Shown here piece after piece: positions 1-9,629 of a stretch of 48,547 nucleotides of DNA (the first letter of the stretch is position 1; every line of letters begins with the position of its first letter). This stretch comes from a bacterium (GTDB taxonomy: Bacteria > UBA6262 > WVXT01): NCBI GenBank assembly GCA_046759165.1, contig JBHIBS010000012.1, positions 1 through 48,547 on the forward strand, read 5' to 3'. The translations under genes were made by a program, and so were the position numbers. The notes below the pieces were generated by a model. The model saw only the letters and a program-made list of their open reading frames with translations. It was not told where the DNA came from and did not search any database.

Positions 1-56
1 TCAGGGAGGGTGGACACACTGTTGGTGCAGGAGTAATTTCGGAGATAATAGAATAG
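1..56 (+). CDS. tuf: Elongation factor Tu, C-terminal fragment (truncated by window edge)
   Basis: Frame from nt 3 reads REGGHTVGAGVISEIIE-stop, the EF-Tu C-terminus; lies directly upstream of rpsJ. Confidence 0.95.
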   Translation, partial: REGGHTVGAGVISEIIE

Positions 57-59
57 ATG

Positions 60-276
60 ATGCTCGGGATTTGGTTCGCTCGCTGATAATTTTTTGGTCT
101 TTGACCACCGCCAAAAATCTCAGGAGTTTCTCCCGTTTAGGGGACTAAACTCTTTTCTTCGATTTTTGGCTAAAAATTCTAGTGCTCCCTACGCCAAATT
201 TCCTCGCATTAGGGGAATAGGGCGTCCTTGTTTATTGGCTAAAATTCCAAACGCTCTTTACAAATTATTTTTTAAA
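60..276 (+). repeat. Structured intergenic repeat, copy A
   Basis: Aligns along its length with 6824-7051; nested helices GGGATTTGGT(66-75)/GCCAAATTTC(193-202), GCCAAAAATC(110-119)/GATTTTTGGC(161-170), GAGTTT(124-129)/AAACTC(147-152). Confidence 0.9.
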
Positions 277-318
277 CTTCACGAGGTAATCTTTAATAGG
301 GAGAATTGGATTTAGAGA

Positions 319-627
319 ATGGCTAATCAGAGGATAAGGATACGGCTTAAGGCTTACGACCACAGGATGCTCGACCAGTCTCTAAAGGAGATCGTAGCAA
401 CGGCTAAGAGGACTGGAGCGAAAATTTCAGGACCGATTCTGTTACCGACTAAAATTCGCAAGTATACGGTTCTCAGGTCCACGAATATAGACAAGAAGTC
501 GAGGGAACAGTTTGAAATGCGAATTCACAAGAGGCTTGTGGATATACTTGAGCCACTTCCTCAGACAATAGACGCGCTTATGAAATTGAATCTTCCGGCT
601 GGGGTAGATGTAGAGATAAAACTTTAA
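319..627 (+). CDS. rpsJ: 30S ribosomal protein S10
   Basis: [11 protein letters not shown]...[13 protein letters not shown]...[11 protein letters not shown]. Confidence 0.99.
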   Translation: MANQRIRIRLKAYDHRMLDQSLKEIVATAKRTGAKISGPILLPTKIRKYTVLRSTNIDKKSREQFEMRIHKRLVDILEPLPQTIDALMKLNLPAGVDVEIKL

Positions 628-655
628 GAAAACAGCAAGGAAGGATGTGGAGTAA

Positions 656-1297
656 ATGATGGTAGGGATTCTTGGTCAGAAAGTGGGAATGTCTCAGGTC
701 TTTTCTGAGAAAGGGGAAGCTCTCCCTGTTACAGTGATTAAGGCAGGTCCCTGTTTCGTATTACAGAAGAAGAGCGATTCAAAAGAAGGTTATAATGCTA
801 TCCAGATAGGCTACGGTGAAAGAAAACAAAAAAGCTTAAATAAACCAAAAAGAGGCCATTTTGAAAAAGCAAAGGTTAGACCTCTGAAATATTTGAGGGA
901 ATTTCGCGTTCATAATGTGGACGAATATCAACTTGGCCAGGAGATCCGGGTAGACATCTTTAAAGTTGGAGACTATATAGATGTCAAGGGCACCTCAAAA
1001 GGTAAGGGCTTTGCGGGTGCTGTAAAGCGTTGGGGATTTAAAGGTGGCCCTGCTTCTCACGGTTCCAGGCAGCACAGGAGGGTTGGTTCGATTGGCGGAA
1101 GTTCATTCCCCTCGCGAGTTTTTCCTGGAACCAAGATGGCTGGAAGGATGGGGGGAAGTTCGAGCGTGGCGAAGAGACTGGAAGTGGTAAAGATTATCCC
1201 AGAAGATAATCTAATTTTAGTTAAGGGAGCTGTCACCGGGGTTAAGAAAGGCCTAGTTGTCATATCGAAAAGCAAGAAAAAGGAGAAACAGAGCTAA
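656..1297 (+). CDS. rplC: 50S ribosomal protein L3
   Basis: GQKVGMSQVF, SKGKGFAG, RVFPGTKMAGRMG; operon position. Confidence 0.99.
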   Translation: MMVGILGQKVGMSQVFSEKGEALPVTVIKAGPCFVLQKKSDSKEGYNAIQIGYGERKQKSLNKPKRGHFEKAKVRPLKYLREFRVHNVDEYQLGQEIRVDIFKVGDYIDVKGTSKGKGFAGAVKRWGFKGGPASHGSRQHRRVGSIGGSSFPSRVFPGTKMAGRMGGSSSVAKRLEVVKIIPEDNLILVKGAVTGVKKGLVVISKSKKKEKQS

Positions 1298-1325
1298 AGG
1301 ATCACATGTGGAGAAGAGGGAATTA

Positions 1326-1949
1326 ATGCCAGAAGTGGATCTACTCAACTCTAAAGGAAAAAATGTGGGTAAGATTAGCTTACCTGATGAAATTTTTGGC
1401 CAGAAGGTCAATCCAGGATTGGTTCATGAGGCTTTGGTCAGTCAGTTGGCAATGGCCAGGCAGGGGACAGCTTCGACCAAGACGAGAGCAGAAGTTTCGG
1501 GGGGTGGAGCTAAACCCTGGCGGCAAAAAGGCACAGGCAGGGCACGGGTTGGAAGTAATCGATCACCTCTCTGGCGGCACGGAGGGGTTGCCTTTGGCCC
1601 AAAACCACGTTCATACAGGATAGCTTTTCCCAAAAAAAAGAGAAGAAATGCCATAAAACAGGCCTTATCAGAAAAAATACGTGGAAATAGACTTAAAGTT
1701 ATAGATTCGTTGATGCTGGAAGAGGGAAAGACTAAGAAAGCAAAAGCGCTATTGGAAAAGATGGGCGCCTTGGTGGGGACTCTGCTAATTGCAAAAGGTA
1801 GGGATGCAAATTTGTCGAGGGCCTTCGCTAATTTACCTAAAGTTAAATTGATTCCTGTTGAAAGCATCAATATATACGATCTCTTAAATTATGAGAAAAT
1901 AATTATTGCTCGCGATGCCATAGGAGCTATTGTGGAGGGGCTATCCTGA
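1326..1949 (+). CDS. rplD: 50S ribosomal protein L4
   Basis: RQGTASTKTRAEVSGGGAKPWRQKGTGRAR; start moved to ATG 1326. Confidence 0.98.
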   Translation: MPEVDLLNSKGKNVGKISLPDEIFGQKVNPGLVHEALVSQLAMARQGTASTKTRAEVSGGGAKPWRQKGTGRARVGSNRSPLWRHGGVAFGPKPRSYRIAFPKKKRRNAIKQALSEKIRGNRLKVIDSLMLEEGKTKKAKALLEKMGALVGTLLIAKGRDANLSRAFANLPKVKLIPVESINIYDLLNYEKIIIARDAIGAIVEGLS

Positions 1950-2240
1950 ATGTTCGATCCATATCAGATAATCAAGGGCCCATTAGTAACGGAGAAATCT
2001 ACGGCTCTTCGGGGAGAGGAGAACAAGTACAGTTTCTTTGTATCTCTTAGGGCCAGTAAGACTGAGATTAAGAAGGCCATCGAAGAGCTTTTCAAGGTGA
2101 AAGTGGTTAAAGTAAACACGTTCAATCTCAAGGGCAAAAAGAAGAGACTGGGAATTCACCAAGGATATACACCGAGAAGAAAGAAAGCAGTGCTTACCCT
2201 TAAATCGGGGGATACTATAAGAACGTTTGAAGGGGCGTAA
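1950..2240 (+). CDS. rplW: 50S ribosomal protein L23
   Basis: [30 protein letters not shown]. Confidence 0.98.
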   Translation: MFDPYQIIKGPLVTEKSTALRGEENKYSFFVSLRASKTEIKKAIEELFKVKVVKVNTFNLKGKKKRLGIHQGYTPRRKKAVLTLKSGDTIRTFEGA

Positions 2241-2244
2241 AATT

Positions 2245-2278
2245 ATGCCCGGGATTTGGTTCGGCTTGCCGGAGAATT
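2245..2278 (+). repeat. 5' fragment of the structured intergenic repeat (copy C)
   Basis: ATGCCCGGGATTTGGTTCGGCTTGCCGGAGAATT vs ATGCTCGGGATTTGGTTCGCTCGCTGAGAATT in copy B. Confidence 0.7.
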
Positions 2279-2296
2279 CTGTTAAAGGGGAAAGAG

Positions 2297-3130
2297 ATGG
2301 CAATAAAGAAATATAAACCCACATCGCCAGCTCGGAGGTCAGCCGTAAGAGTGGCGACAGATGAAATTACGAAAACCGAGCCGCAGAAGACGCTAACTGT
2401 TGGTCTCCGTTCCCATGGAGGAAGGAATGCTTCTGGACGGATTACGGTGAGGCATAGGGGAGGGGGACACAAACGAAGGTATAGAATTATCGATTTTAAG
2501 AGAGATAAGTTTAACATCCCGGCCAAGGTTGCGGCTATAGAATATGATCCCAATCGTTCTTGCCGAATTGCTCTTTTGCAATATGCTGACGGGGTGAAGA
2601 GATATATCCTTCAGCCTCTCGGCCTGCGAGTGGGTGATACTGTTGAGAGTGGAGATTCTGTCCCTATTAGTACAGGCAACAGTCTCCCCTTAAGAAACAT
2701 TCCAGTGGGCTCGATGGTTCATAATATCGAGTTAAGACAGGGTTCTGGTGGCCAGTTGGCTAGAAGTGCCGGGTCATCTGCCCAGATAATTGCTAAAGAA
2801 GACAGATTTGCTCAATTGAAACTCCCTTCTGGAGAAATTCGACTTGCGCTTCTCGATTGTAGAGCTACTATTGGGCAATTGGGAAATATTGAACATGGAA
2901 GTATTAAGTTGGGGAGTGCAGGAATCAAGCGCCGTCTGGGCATTCGACCAAGAGTGAGGGGAGTAGCAATGAATCCGGTCGACCATCCGATGGGAGGTGG
3001 CCGGGGGAAGAGCAAGGGCCGTAATTTACCTCGTTCCCCGTGGGGACAACTATCTAAGGGCTTGAAAATGAGAAAAAAGAAGAAATCTGACATACTAATT
3101 TTGAAAAGGAGAAAGTATAAAGGTGTCTAG
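2297..3130 (+). CDS. rplB: 50S ribosomal protein L2
   Basis: [42 protein letters not shown]. Confidence 0.99.
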   Translation: MAIKKYKPTSPARRSAVRVATDEITKTEPQKTLTVGLRSHGGRNASGRITVRHRGGGHKRRYRIIDFKRDKFNIPAKVAAIEYDPNRSCRIALLQYADGVKRYILQPLGLRVGDTVESGDSVPISTGNSLPLRNIPVGSMVHNIELRQGSGGQLARSAGSSAQIIAKEDRFAQLKLPSGEIRLALLDCRATIGQLGNIEHGSIKLGSAGIKRRLGIRPRVRGVAMNPVDHPMGGGRGKSKGRNLPRSPWGQLSKGLKMRKKKKSDILILKRRKYKGV

Positions 3131-3410
3131 GTCTACAAAAAAGGGTCCCTATGTGGACGAGAATCTTCTCAAAAAGATTCAAGAGATGAATGCCTCCGGT
3201 CAAAAGAAGGTAATAAAAACCTGGGCAAGAAGTTCAGTAATAACTCCAGAATTTGTTGGGCACACCGTGGCAGTTTATAATGGAAAGAAGTTCATTCCTA
3301 TCTATTTAGCTGAGAATATGGTGGGACATCGGTTAGGAGAGTTTGCTCGCACCAGATTTTTTAGGGGCCATGGTGCCGCCCATACTAAAGAGGTCACGGC
3401 GTTGGCGTAA
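3123..3410 (+). CDS. rpsS: 30S ribosomal protein S19
   Basis: [24 protein letters not shown] start. Confidence 0.99.
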   Translation: MSRSTKKGPYVDENLLKKIQEMNASGQKKVIKTWARSSVITPEFVGHTVAVYNGKKFIPIYLAENMVGHRLGEFARTRFFRGHGAAHTKEVTALA

Positions 3411-3426
3411 AATATGGAGGGCTGAA

Positions 3427-3771
3427 GTGGCAACAAGGGCGGTCGCCAGATTTGTAAGGTTAGGCCCCAGGAAAGTTGGTCAAGTCTTAGATTTGATTCG
3501 AGGTAAAGGGGTATCGGAGGCTTATCAAATTTTAAAATTTACTCCCCGCCGGTCGGCTAAGGCTGTGGAGAAGGTATTGAAGTCAGCAGTCGCTAATACT
3601 CGAACACCTGGAGACGAACCGAATCTATATATCGCAGAAGCTTATGTTGGACAAGGTCCTGTCTTAAAACGTATCAGGCCTAGGGCCATGGGTCGAGTAG
3701 CGATCTATCGAAGGAAAACTTGCCATATTTATATAGTTGTGGAGAGGCGTAAGGTTTTAGCAAGGGGGTAG
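3427..3771 (+). CDS. rplV: 50S ribosomal protein L22
   Basis: PRKVGQVLDLIRGK, LKSAVAN, LKRIRPRAMGR; GTG 3427 after GGAGG. Confidence 0.97.
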   Translation: MATRAVARFVRLGPRKVGQVLDLIRGKGVSEAYQILKFTPRRSAKAVEKVLKSAVANTRTPGDEPNLYIAEAYVGQGPVLKRIRPRAMGRVAIYRRKTCHIYIVVERRKVLARG

Positions 3772-3775
3772 AAAG

Positions 3776-4483
3776 TTGGGACAAAAAGTTCATCCGGTTG
3801 GAAGTCGTCTTGGTTTCATTAAGACCTGGGATGCAAAATGGTTTGGGGGAAAGAACCTTCGCCGTATGCTCCACGAAGATATAGCTCTAAGGGAGTTTAT
3901 CAAAAAGAAGCTTCATCAAAGTGGAGTGGGCAAAATAAAAATGGAACGGGCCGGTAAATCTTTGCGAGTGGATATCCATACGGCAAGGCCAGGACTGGTG
4001 ATTGGCAAGAGAGGTGCTGATATTGAAAATTTAAGAACGGACCTAGAAGAAATGACAGATCAGAAAGTCTTTATTAACATTATCCCCATAAAGAAACCTG
4101 AAATGGACGCTCAGGTTGTGGCTGAAGGGATCGCGATGCAGTTGGAGAAGAAGATGCCTTATCGGAGAGTAATGAAAAGGGCAATTTCGCGAGCAATGGA
4201 AAGCGGAGCAGGGGGGATTAAGGTATGCGTTAGTGGTCGCCTTGGTGGGGCAGAGATAGCCCGTACCGAGTGGCTAAAAGAGGGACGTATTCCCTTGCAG
4301 ACTTTTCGAGCCGATATCGATTATGGCTTTGCCGAAAGCTTTACCACATATGGTCAAATTGGAGTTAAGATCTGGATCTTTAAGGAGGACGTTGGCGAAC
4401 CTGCTCATACGGAAGAGAAGGAAAAAGTAGAACAGAGTCAAAAAGATGAGGTGAAGACAGATGCTAATGCCCAAGAAAGTTAA
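3776..4483 (+). CDS. rpsC: 30S ribosomal protein S3
   Basis: [33 protein letters not shown] start. Confidence 0.99.
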   Translation: MGQKVHPVGSRLGFIKTWDAKWFGGKNLRRMLHEDIALREFIKKKLHQSGVGKIKMERAGKSLRVDIHTARPGLVIGKRGADIENLRTDLEEMTDQKVFINIIPIKKPEMDAQVVAEGIAMQLEKKMPYRRVMKRAISRAMESGAGGIKVCVSGRLGGAEIARTEWLKEGRIPLQTFRADIDYGFAESFTTYGQIGVKIWIFKEDVGEPAHTEEKEKVEQSQKDEVKTDANAQES

Positions 4484-4871
4484 GTATCGCAAGGCGCAGC
4501 GTAGAAGGAGGAAGGGCATAGCTTTACGCGGAAATAGGATAAATTTTGGCGAGTTTGGATTACAGGCTCTTGAACCGGCTTGGCTTTCAGCCCAGCAGAT
4601 TGAGGCTGCGCGAGTGGCTTTGACTCGCTCTTTAAAGAGAGGAGGAAAGGTTTGGATTAGAATTTTTCCGGACAAGGCGGTTACCAAGAAACCAGCAGAG
4701 ACTCGGATGGGAAAGGGGAAGGGTGCCCCCGCCGGGTGGGTAGCTGTGGTCAAGCCTGGAAGGATCCTCTTTGAAATCGAGGGAGTCGGACGTCCTCAGG
4801 CAGAAGCCGCGATGAACTTGGCCAGTCATAAATTGCCGATAAGGACGGCATTTTTAGCAAGGGGAGAATGA
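4461..4871 (+). CDS. rplP: 50S ribosomal protein L16
   Basis: [24 protein letters not shown]. Confidence 0.99.
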   Translation: MLMPKKVKYRKAQRRRRKGIALRGNRINFGEFGLQALEPAWLSAQQIEAARVALTRSLKRGGKVWIRIFPDKAVTKKPAETRMGKGKGAPAGWVAVVKPGRILFEIEGVGRPQAEAAMNLASHKLPIRTAFLARGE

Positions 4872-4911
4872 CAAAATTTCTAATGTTCGAAATGGCTAAC
4901 GGGAAACGAAG

Positions 4912-5118
4912 ATGAAAGCGAGCAAATTGAGAGAGCTGAGTGTGGCCGAATTGGAGCAGAAGTTGAACGAGACTATGCAGAAACTATTTCAGTTAAAATT
5001 CAAAAATGCCTCAGGTCAATTGAAGAATCCGCTGGAGATCAGGCTACTCCGCAGGGATATTGCACGGGTTAAGACAGTTCTGGCAGAAAGGGAACTGTCT
5101 AAAGAAAAAGAAGGCTAA
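4912..5118 (+). CDS. rpmC: 50S ribosomal protein L29
   Basis: LFQLKF...IRLLRRDIARVKT. Confidence 0.98.
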   Translation: MKASKLRELSVAELEQKLNETMQKLFQLKFKNASGQLKNPLEIRLLRRDIARVKTVLAERELSKEKEG

Positions 5119-5128
5119 AGGAGAAAGG

Positions 5129-5395
5129 ATGGCAGAAGGTCAAGGAAAACGCAAGATCAGGATTGGTGAAGTGGTCAGTGATAGGATGGGGAAGACCAGA
5201 GTAGTAGTAGTGGAGAGATTGCTTAGGCATCCTCGGTATCAAAAAATTATCAAAAGAAGAAAGAAATTTATGGTGGATGACCCCAAGAACGAATTGCACA
5301 TGGGAGACAAGGTGAGAATTGCTGAAACTAGACCCTTGAGTAAAAGGAAGAGGTGGCGAGTTCTGGAAATTCTGGAAAAGGCAGAGAGAGTCTAA
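5129..5395 (+). CDS. rpsQ: 30S ribosomal protein S17
   Basis: [25 protein letters not shown]; start at ATG 5129. Confidence 0.98.
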   Translation: MAEGQGKRKIRIGEVVSDRMGKTRVVVVERLLRHPRYQKIIKRRKKFMVDDPKNELHMGDKVRIAETRPLSKRKRWRVLEILEKAERV

Positions 5396-5396
5396 T

Positions 5397-5765
5397 ATGA
5401 TACAGATGCAGACGAGACTAAATATAGCTGACAATACTGGAGCAAGAAAAATTGCTTGCATAGGAATCTTAGGCGGAACTAAGAAAAGATATGCAAGAGT
5501 GGGCGATATAATTAGGGCTTCAGTAAAAGATGCTTTGCCAGACGCTACGATTAAGAAGGGGGAAGTTGTGAGGGCAGTGATTGTTAGAATGAAGAAATGG
5601 ATTCGTCGACCTGATGGTTCCTATGTCAGATTTGACGAAAACGGTGCAGTAATTGTGGATGCTAACAACGAACCCAAGGGGACTCGAATTTTTGGGCCAA
5701 TTGCTCGTGAGCTGAGAGATAAGGGATTCACTAAGATAATCTCTCTGGCTCCTGAAGTAGTATAA
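5397..5765 (+). CDS. rplN: 50S ribosomal protein L14
   Basis: [16 protein letters not shown]...[10 protein letters not shown]. Confidence 0.99.
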   Translation: MIQMQTRLNIADNTGARKIACIGILGGTKKRYARVGDIIRASVKDALPDATIKKGEVVRAVIVRMKKWIRRPDGSYVRFDENGAVIVDANNEPKGTRIFGPIARELRDKGFTKIISLAPEVV

Positions 5766-5802
5766 TATTACATTATTCATATCATATGCCAGGAGAATTG
5801 AT

Positions 5803-6114
5803 GTGTTGACAATCAAAAAGAAGGATAAGGTAGTAGTAAAGACGGGTAAAGACAAGGGCAAAAGTGGTGAAGTCCTGAAGGTGTTTGCCGAGACTTCTCG
5901 AGTAATAGTAAGCAAGATAAATTTTATAAAGAGGCATGCCCGGCCAACAGAGACCACGCCGGGGGGGATAACAGAGAAAGAATCTCCAATTCATATCTCC
6001 AATGTACAGTTGATTTGCCCTAAATGTAACCAGGCTACTCGAGTAAAGATAGACCATCTAAGTGATGGTAAGAAGATAAGGATTTGTCGAAAATGCGGAG
6101 AAATGATAGTGTAA
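5803..6114 (+). CDS. rplX: 50S ribosomal protein L24
   Basis: TGKDKGKSGEV, ESPIHISNV; two CxxC pairs. Confidence 0.98.
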   Translation: MLTIKKKDKVVVKTGKDKGKSGEVLKVFAETSRVIVSKINFIKRHARPTETTPGGITEKESPIHISNVQLICPKCNQATRVKIDHLSDGKKIRICRKCGEMIV

Positions 6115-6124
6115 GCAACTACCT

Positions 6125-6219
6125 AATTATAAATTATCATATATGAATTATGAATTTTGAATAAAACTTCGCTTTGGTTGGTCGCTTAAATCGTAATCTA
6201 TAGGGCATAATTAATAATT
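6125..6219. repeat. AT-rich heptad (NAATTAT) inverted-repeat element
   Basis: AATTATAAATTAT (6125-6137) vs ATAATTAATAATT (6207-6219), 12/13 complementary; internal ATGAATTATGAATT; resembles 14513-14609. Confidence 0.5.
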
Positions 6220-6239
6220 CTTTCCTGAAGGAAAGAACG

Positions 6240-6785
6240 ATGGCGAGATTAAGAGAATTATATAAGAAAAAGATTGTTCATCAACTGATGAAGCGTCTGA
6301 AATATGAGAATATTATGGAAGTGCCCAGAGTAGATAAGATAGTAATCAATATAGGTGTTTCGGCAGCAAAGGAGGATATCAAGGTTTTGGACGAAGCAGT
6401 GGAAGAGTTGGCAGCAATAACAGGACAGAAGCCTATTGTGACCAGGGCAAAAAAGTCGATCTCCAACTTCAAACTTCGTAAGGGAATGCCGATAGGCTGC
6501 AGAGTCACCCTCCATGGAACTATGATGTACGAGTTTCTGGACCGTTTGATTAATGTTGCAGCGCCCAGGGTTCGTGATTTTCGGGGAATTTCCCCTGATG
6601 GATTCGATGGCCAAGGAAATTATAATCTGGGAATTCAAGAACATATAATTTTTCCTGAGATTAATATGGATAAGGTCGGTAAAATCAAAGGAATGAACGT
6701 GAGTATAGTAACCACAGCCAGAAATAGAGATGAGGCATATGAGTTATTAAGTCTTTTCGGTATGCCTTTTCGAAAGAAGGGGTGA
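6240..6785 (+). CDS. rplE: 50S ribosomal protein L5
   Basis: [31 protein letters not shown]. Confidence 0.99.
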   Translation: MARLRELYKKKIVHQLMKRLKYENIMEVPRVDKIVINIGVSAAKEDIKVLDEAVEELAAITGQKPIVTRAKKSISNFKLRKGMPIGCRVTLHGTMMYEFLDRLINVAAPRVRDFRGISPDGFDGQGNYNLGIQEHIIFPEINMDKVGKIKGMNVSIVTTARNRDEAYELLSLFGMPFRKKG

Positions 6786-6790
6786 TAGAA

Positions 6791-7051
6791 TTTAAAAATA
6801 GTTTGTTCATCGCTTAAGAATATATGCTCGGGATTTGGTTCGCTCGCTGAGAATTTTTTGCTCTTCGAGCACCGCCAAAAATCTCAGGAGTTTCCCGAAA
6901 TTCCCTTTGGTCAGTTTCGGCTAAACTCTAATCTTCGATTTTTGGCTAAAAATTCTAATGCTCACTACACCAAATCCCCTCGCATTAGGGGAAGAGGCCG
7001 TTCTCGTTTTTTGGCTGAAATTCCAAGAGTTTTTCACAAACTATTTTCAAA
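6791..7051 (+). repeat. Structured intergenic repeat, copy B, with terminal inverted repeats (MITE-like)
   Basis: TTTAAAAATAGTTTGT (6791-6806)/ACAAACTATTTTCAAA (7036-7051), 15/16 complementary; same inner helices as copy A with compensatory changes. Confidence 0.9.
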
Positions 7052-7091
7052 TGTTGGGAATTAAGGGTAGATTCACACAAGGAGGAATTTT

Positions 7092-7277
7092 TTGGCAAAG
7101 AAAAGTTTAATTGCTAAGGCTAAACGGCCACCAAAGTTTATTACAAGAAAATATAACCGGTGCCATCTTTGTGGTAGGGCGCGAGGATATATACGCGACT
7201 TTGCGCTGTGCAGGATATGTTTCCGTAAATTGGCGCGCCAGGGGGAAGTCCCAGGAGTGATAAAATCCAGCTGGTAA
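7092..7277 (+). CDS. rpsN: 30S ribosomal protein S14, zinc-binding type
   Basis: 61 aa, RCHLCGR...LCRICFR; TTG start. Confidence 0.98.
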   Translation: MAKKSLIAKAKRPPKFITRKYNRCHLCGRARGYIRDFALCRICFRKLARQGEVPGVIKSSW

Positions 7278-7291
7278 AAGGAGGAAATAGA

Positions 7292-7690
7292 TTGTCCATC
7301 TCTGATCCTGTTGCAGATCTGCTTACTAGGATTCGCAATGCCAATCAGAAGATGAAGGGGAAAGCGGATATTCCCGCATCAAAGTTAAAAGAGAAAATAG
7401 TAAAAGTTTTGAAGGAAGAAGGGTATATAGCTAACTATAAGTTTATCTCAGATCGCAAACAGGGGATTTTGAGAGTTTATCTCAAGTATGCCCCCAGCCA
7501 GGAGAAGATTATTAAGGGTCTGAGGCGAATTTCTCGGCCCGGGATGAGGGTTTATTGCAGGGCTGAAGAGCTTCCCAGAGTGTACAGGGGACTTGGTATA
7601 GCCGTTATTTCAACTTCTCAGGGAGTGATGACTGATAAGAAGTGTCGGGAAGCAAACCTTGGCGGAGAAGTAATCTGTTATGTTTGGTGA
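7292..7690 (+). CDS. rpsH: 30S ribosomal protein S8
   Basis: [32 protein letters not shown]. Confidence 0.99.
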   Translation: MSISDPVADLLTRIRNANQKMKGKADIPASKLKEKIVKVLKEEGYIANYKFISDRKQGILRVYLKYAPSQEKIIKGLRRISRPGMRVYCRAEELPRVYRGLGIAVISTSQGVMTDKKCREANLGGEVICYVW

Positions 7691-7695
7691 AAGGG

Positions 7696-8253
7696 ATGTC
7701 TAGGATAGGTAGGAAACTGATTGCAGTGCCAGATGGAGTGGAAGTAAAAATAAGCGATGATCTCGTCGAAGTGACTGGTCCTTTAGGAAGACTAACCCAG
7801 AAAATTTATCCCAAAATAAAAGTTACCAAAAGGAATGGTCAAGTTTTTGTAGAAAGGCTTTCGGATAATAAATACTATCGCTCGCTCCATGGATTGACTC
7901 GCAGTCTTATTAATAATCTGATCATAGGAATAACCAAAGGTTTTCGGAAAGAACTGATTATTACAGGTATGGGTTATCGAGCACAGTTAGAGGGTAGAGT
8001 CTTAAATTTACAATTGGGTTATTCCCATCCTGTAAAATTTCCGTTGCCCGAGGGAATTGAGGTAAAAGTGGAGAAGCAGACGCAAATTGTCGTATCCGGT
8101 ATTGATAAGCAACTGGTGGGTGAAGTTGCTGCTAAGATAAGGAGGTTCAGACCACCTGAGCCTTATAAGGGGAAGGGGATACGATATATAGGTGAACGGA
8201 TCAAAAGGAAAGTCGGGAAAGCTGCCGCAGTAAGTGGTGAGGCTCCTAAATGA
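7696..8253 (+). CDS. rplF: 50S ribosomal protein L6
   Basis: [20 protein letters not shown]; start at ATG 7696. Confidence 0.99.
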   Translation: MSRIGRKLIAVPDGVEVKISDDLVEVTGPLGRLTQKIYPKIKVTKRNGQVFVERLSDNKYYRSLHGLTRSLINNLIIGITKGFRKELIITGMGYRAQLEGRVLNLQLGYSHPVKFPLPEGIEVKVEKQTQIVVSGIDKQLVGEVAAKIRRFRPPEPYKGKGIRYIGERIKRKVGKAAAVSGEAPK

Positions 8254-8263
8254 GGGAAATAGT

Positions 8264-8623
8264 TTGGTTTCTCGTTCGGTTCGTAGAAAAAGAAGACATC
8301 TGAGAGTAAGAAAGAAGGTTTTCGGAATGAGCTATCATCCTAGATTATGTGTCTATAGGAGCTTACGACACATTTATGCCCAAATAGTAGATGATCAGCT
8401 TGGTAAGACCATTGTGGCAGCCTCTACGCTCTCTCCTGAAATCAAGAAGAAAGTTGAGAAATTGAAGAAGGGCCAAGCGGCAGCTCTGGTGGGAGAACTA
8501 ATCGCTGAGAAGTCGAAAGTCGTGGGTGTTAATAGAGTGGTGTTCGACAAGGGTGGATACGGTTACCATGGGAGAGTAAAGAGTCTGGTTGAGGCTTGCC
8601 GCAAAGGCGGATTAAAGTTTTGA
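8264..8623 (+). CDS. rplR: 50S ribosomal protein L18
   Basis: [29 protein letters not shown]; start (TTG 8264) uncertain. Confidence 0.97.
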   Translation: MVSRSVRRKRRHLRVRKKVFGMSYHPRLCVYRSLRHIYAQIVDDQLGKTIVAASTLSPEIKKKVEKLKKGQAAALVGELIAEKSKVVGVNRVVFDKGGYGYHGRVKSLVEACRKGGLKF

Positions 8624-8636
8624 TAGAGGAGATAGA

Positions 8637-9131
8637 TTGGCAAGGATGAGTGCAGAAGGGTTGGAACTGAAACAGATAGTTGTAAGTGTCAATAGAGTGG
8701 CTAAAGTAGTTAAGGGAGGTAAACGGTTTGGCTTTACCGCGCTGGTAGTTGTAGGGAATGGGAATGGTTATGTGGGATGTGGGATGGGCAAGGCGAAAGA
8801 AGTTCAAGCTGCTATTCAGAAGGGTACTGCAAGAGCCGAAAAGAACCTCATTGCTGTTCCCCTGAATGGCACCACAATTCCTCATGAGGTAATTGCTCGC
8901 TTTGGGGCTGGTCGGGTGCTGTTAAAGCCTGCTAGCCCGGGGACTGGGATAATAGCGTGCGGTCCGGTAAGGGCAGTAGTGGAAGCAGTGGGCATAAAGG
9001 ATATTCTGACTAAATCGCTTAAGTCGAATAATCCGGTCAATGTAGTCTATGCTACAATGAAAGGACTTGAAAGTCTAAGGACGAAGGACAAAGTTGCAGA
9101 ATTGCGAGGCAAAAAGATAGAAGAATTATGA
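8637..9131 (+). CDS. rpsE: 30S ribosomal protein S5
   Basis: [25 protein letters not shown] start. Confidence 0.99.
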   Translation: MARMSAEGLELKQIVVSVNRVAKVVKGGKRFGFTALVVVGNGNGYVGCGMGKAKEVQAAIQKGTARAEKNLIAVPLNGTTIPHEVIARFGAGRVLLKPASPGTGIIACGPVRAVVEAVGIKDILTKSLKSNNPVNVVYATMKGLESLRTKDKVAELRGKKIEEL

Positions 9132-9161
9132 CCCCATTAGAAATTCCATTTCTAAAAGGGT
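9131..9161. repeat. Short palindromic repeat (TTAGAAA/TTTCTAA family), copy 1
   Basis: ACCCCATTAGAAAT-TCC-ATTTCTAAAAGGGT; near reverse complement of 23238-23268. Confidence 0.8.
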
Positions 9162-9174
9162 AAAGGAAAAAGGA

Positions 9175-9618
9175 ATGCAGTTGTCGAAACTCACTTGCAA
9201 CATCGGCAGTAGACACAAGAAGAGGGTAGGTCGGGGCCCGGGTTCAGGCCACGGTGGCACAAGCTGTCGGGGAACTAAAGGGCAGAGAAGCCGATCAGGG
9301 GGAGGAGTACGCCTCGGTTTCGAAGGAGGTCAGATGCCACTTATTCGGCGTCTTCCCAAGAGGGGATTTACCAGGATCTTTAAGGAGGAGTATAACATAG
9401 TGAATCTTAGAAGTCTTGAGGAGAAGTTTAATGATAATGACGAAGTTACCCCTTCTAGCCTTAAAGAGAGGGGATTAATAAAAAAGGACTTGCCGATAAG
9501 GATTCTGGGAAGTGGGGAAATAACAAAAAGGTTGAAGGTAAAAGTGGCTGGCTTCAGCAAGAGCGCCAGAGAGAAGATTTTAAAAGCCGGTGGCACTGTT
9601 GAAATTTTAGCGAGATAG
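9175..9618 (+). CDS. rplO: 50S ribosomal protein L15
   Basis: RVGRGPGSG, GFEGGQMPLIRRLPKRGF. Confidence 0.99.
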   Translation: MQLSKLTCNIGSRHKKRVGRGPGSGHGGTSCRGTKGQRSRSGGGVRLGFEGGQMPLIRRLPKRGFTRIFKEEYNIVNLRSLEEKFNDNDEVTPSSLKERGLIKKDLPIRILGSGEITKRLKVKVAGFSKSAREKILKAGGTVEILAR

Positions 9619-9629
9619 GAGAATTGGTA

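Noticed and set aside
94-315. 73-aa ORF and its 68-aa look-alike at 6858-7064 as a small protein family
   Set aside because: TTG starts without an RBS; many differences are non-synonymous while base pairing is preserved. The 12-nt indel does keep the frame, so coding is not fully excluded
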